Below, piece after piece: positions 61,386 through 64,000 of a stretch of DNA of 64,000 bases; positions within the stretch are counted from its first letter, which is position 1, and each line of letters opens with the position of its first letter. The DNA lies in NCBI RefSeq assembly GCF_009914755.1, contig NC_060932.1. The stretch is one strand, 5' to 3'. The notes beneath the pieces were generated by a model. That model saw nothing but the letters and a program-made list of their open reading frames with translations. It ran no database searches and was not told the DNA's origin. A program made the translations under genes and the position numbers. The stretch is from the human T2T-CHM13v2.0 reference genome, Homo sapiens.

Positions 61386-64000
61386 TTACAATGTGCCAAG
61401 CACATATTAAGAATTTGGAGCTCATTTGTTCATTTAATCATGGGTTAAAGGGGGGTTAGATTCACCCCCTATGTTTAGAGAGCAGCCTATACTCGTAGGC
61501 ATTCTACTATAGCACCTCCACTTTTATCCCTTGCTGTCAGGCAGATAACAAGAGAGATACATCATGAGCAAGGAGCAAGGTGATCACAGGTTCCTGGTCT
61601 CAAATCCATCAACTGGTTTTACTATTGCATGGCAACTCTCAAAACCTTGCAGTTTATGTTCCAAGAAGCCACCCTTGGGCTTCCCAGAGAGACTTTCTTT
61701 ATTTGTTGTGGAGTCTACCACAAAAATAGAAGAGGCACTTACCGCACACTTTCTACTTGAATGACTGAAAACAACAGTTGCTCTTACAGATGCAGGGAAA
61801 GAGCAAAGATATTTCAGTAGGCCTGAGGACAAGCTAAAAATTACCAGCTCCTCATAGTAATTACTCATTCCCCTGGAGAACAATTGAAGGTTAGCTTTTT
61901 CCAAAATCTAACTCACTTTGCAAATCCAACTTAATCTTGATGTAGTGGCCTTGAGCGAGTTGTATAATATCTTGGACCTTTGTTGTCTTCTCTGTAAAGT
62001 GGTCTTGTTACCTTCTCTAAGTGGAAGCCACTCAGTGTGATCTCTTGAGATTCTTATCAAGCTGAGGTTATGTGATTCTGAAACAGGTTCCCTCCTCCAG
62101 GTGTTTTGTTAGGCAAAACTTTTAAAAAAGAAGTCCAAAGGACATATCTATAATACTGAATCATGAATGAGTAAAGCTTTCAGAAAGAGATGAACATAGA
62201 AACCTTGAGCTTACAAAAAGTCTCTCTGAGGATTTTCTTTTAATTAACTGTACACACTTCTTGCAGAGTACCCTCAACTGACCTTCCAGTAGAGTTCCAT
62301 AGTCCTGTGACATAAGAGAAGTGCCCTGCTTCTTCATGTAAAGAGAACCACAAACACCTGTTCTTTGGTAGATTCACCACAGAGAATCACTTCTTGAAGG
62401 TCAATTATATTGCTAAGTCAGTCTAAAGATTTTCCGCCTGGGAAAGTACAGCAATGGCATCTGTTCATTCTTCAGCGTAGATCAACCCTTTACCCATGAT
62501 TTTTCAATATTTAAACAAACAGCTCAAACAAAGCTGTGCTTCAGTGTTAACCTTGTGAACTTAAAAGCCTGCACCTGTACAATTAGTAATTAACATGTTC
62601 AGTAACAAAGCTGGAAGGTAACAAGTGACATTCACACCTCTTAATTGGTGCGATTAGCAGTCCTTTTGTTGTCAACCATTAGCAGCTCTCTCCAAGTGTG
62701 AAATGCCACAGGTAGAGGGACATTGGCAATGGGTGGGGTAAAGGAGGGAAGGTGAGAGTGAAAAAAGTTTATAAAGCAGGTTAGACTTATCTAGAGGAAA
62801 GAAAACAGATGGTTACTTCAGAAAACTGGCTAAAACTGTCAAAGGAGTAGAAGCATCAGTGATTGTATCTCTTTTTATTCTTTGCTGCTGATGCGAATGA
62901 GTCTTGAAGTTTTAAAAACTCTAGTACCCCTCATCGCATTGCAATATGGGGAGACCCCACTTTCAGCAAAATTAATTATGAATGTGAAAATCTATATCAA
63001 TGTTTTTAAAAATGAAGGTATGTCTGTGGAGTTTTGCTTTCTTGACAATATACCATAAGGATTACTATGATATTCTAGATGACAAATATACTTGGGCTTT
63101 AAAAACAGATTCCAATTATATAGGAATTTTCAGGAATATATGAAGCAAGATGCACTTCTTGTTTTTTCTTGTTTATTTCTTGTTTAATCCTCTTCTTTAA
63201 TCCTCTTTTCTCTTTTTCAAAAAAGCAGTAGCAGGCTCCCCTCCATATGGATGAGAAAATTTCTTTTGTATCCAGCGTTGCAACCTCTCATCAATCAATA
63301 ACAAACCTCCCAGAAGGCATGACCCTGTGTTAGCATCCTTTCATTTTTTCAGATTTTAGCTTCCACACTTGGCTTTTCTATATTTTCCTGATATATTTGT
63401 CTTCTCTTCTTAAAGATATGGCTTCATGTTGACAATGCAGAGATATTGCTATTCCTGTACAAACTAAAGGTGTCAATATTTCTTTATAATGGGAAAGGTC
63501 ATTGAGTTATCATTCTAGGACAAAAATTAGATAGAACATATTTGTGAGCTCCATGATGGCAAGAATTATGTCTCCTCCATCAATATATTACCAACTTCTA
63601 GCCCAAATATATACTCAATAAATAGTTATTACATATGAAATGTGAACGCTAATGTCAATGAGATTTTCCTCCCCAAGTTTCTGTTAACATTACTTTGGTC
63701 TTTACACAATTCTCCTGGGGTATTTGCAATGCTATTTGAGTTTTCTGTATTGCTGAGATTATTATTTTCCTTTTGGAAGAGACTGTCTTTATGTTAATAT
63801 ATTATTTCCTTTGACATGTTTTCCACTTTTACTTGATGGATTGGCTCCCTATCACCCGGCCTTTTCATTCACTGAATTCAGCTTTATACTAATGACTTCA
63901 CAGTTTTACAGATCATTTTGAATCCTTCAACCCCATCTTACCTCTTGCTTATCTTTCATCCACATTTCCTATATTACATTCTCATTCTAAACTACTTTTC

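Overview
Primate (most likely human or great-ape) non-coding genomic DNA dominated by transposable elements. I can support no cellular protein-coding exon, RNA gene or CRISPR array. The main structure is a ~20 kb nest (11591-31700). An old full-length L1PB1-like LINE is split in its 5'UTR by a minus-strand HERV-I/P (HERVIP10F/FH-like, LTR10) provirus. That provirus carries an AluY internally and a full-length L1PA2-like LINE in its 3' LTR. The L1PA2 keeps an intact antisense ORF0, and its ORF2 is broken by a single 1-nt deletion; its promoter lies ~60 bp from the AP-1 repeat array of the host LTR. The window also holds an RPL31 processed pseudogene, many Alu/MIR/MaLR/MER elements and microsatellites. 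Three non-checklist structures stand out: a ~137-bp insertion with a template-switch signature (54941-55077, mostly copied in inverted orientation from 53629-53746), a ~255-bp AT-rich palindrome (2405-2660), and a twin-primed L1MA fragment with its TSD intact. I found no evidence of a new multi-gene system. Subfamily names come from recalled consensus features and need Dfam/RepeatMasker confirmation.
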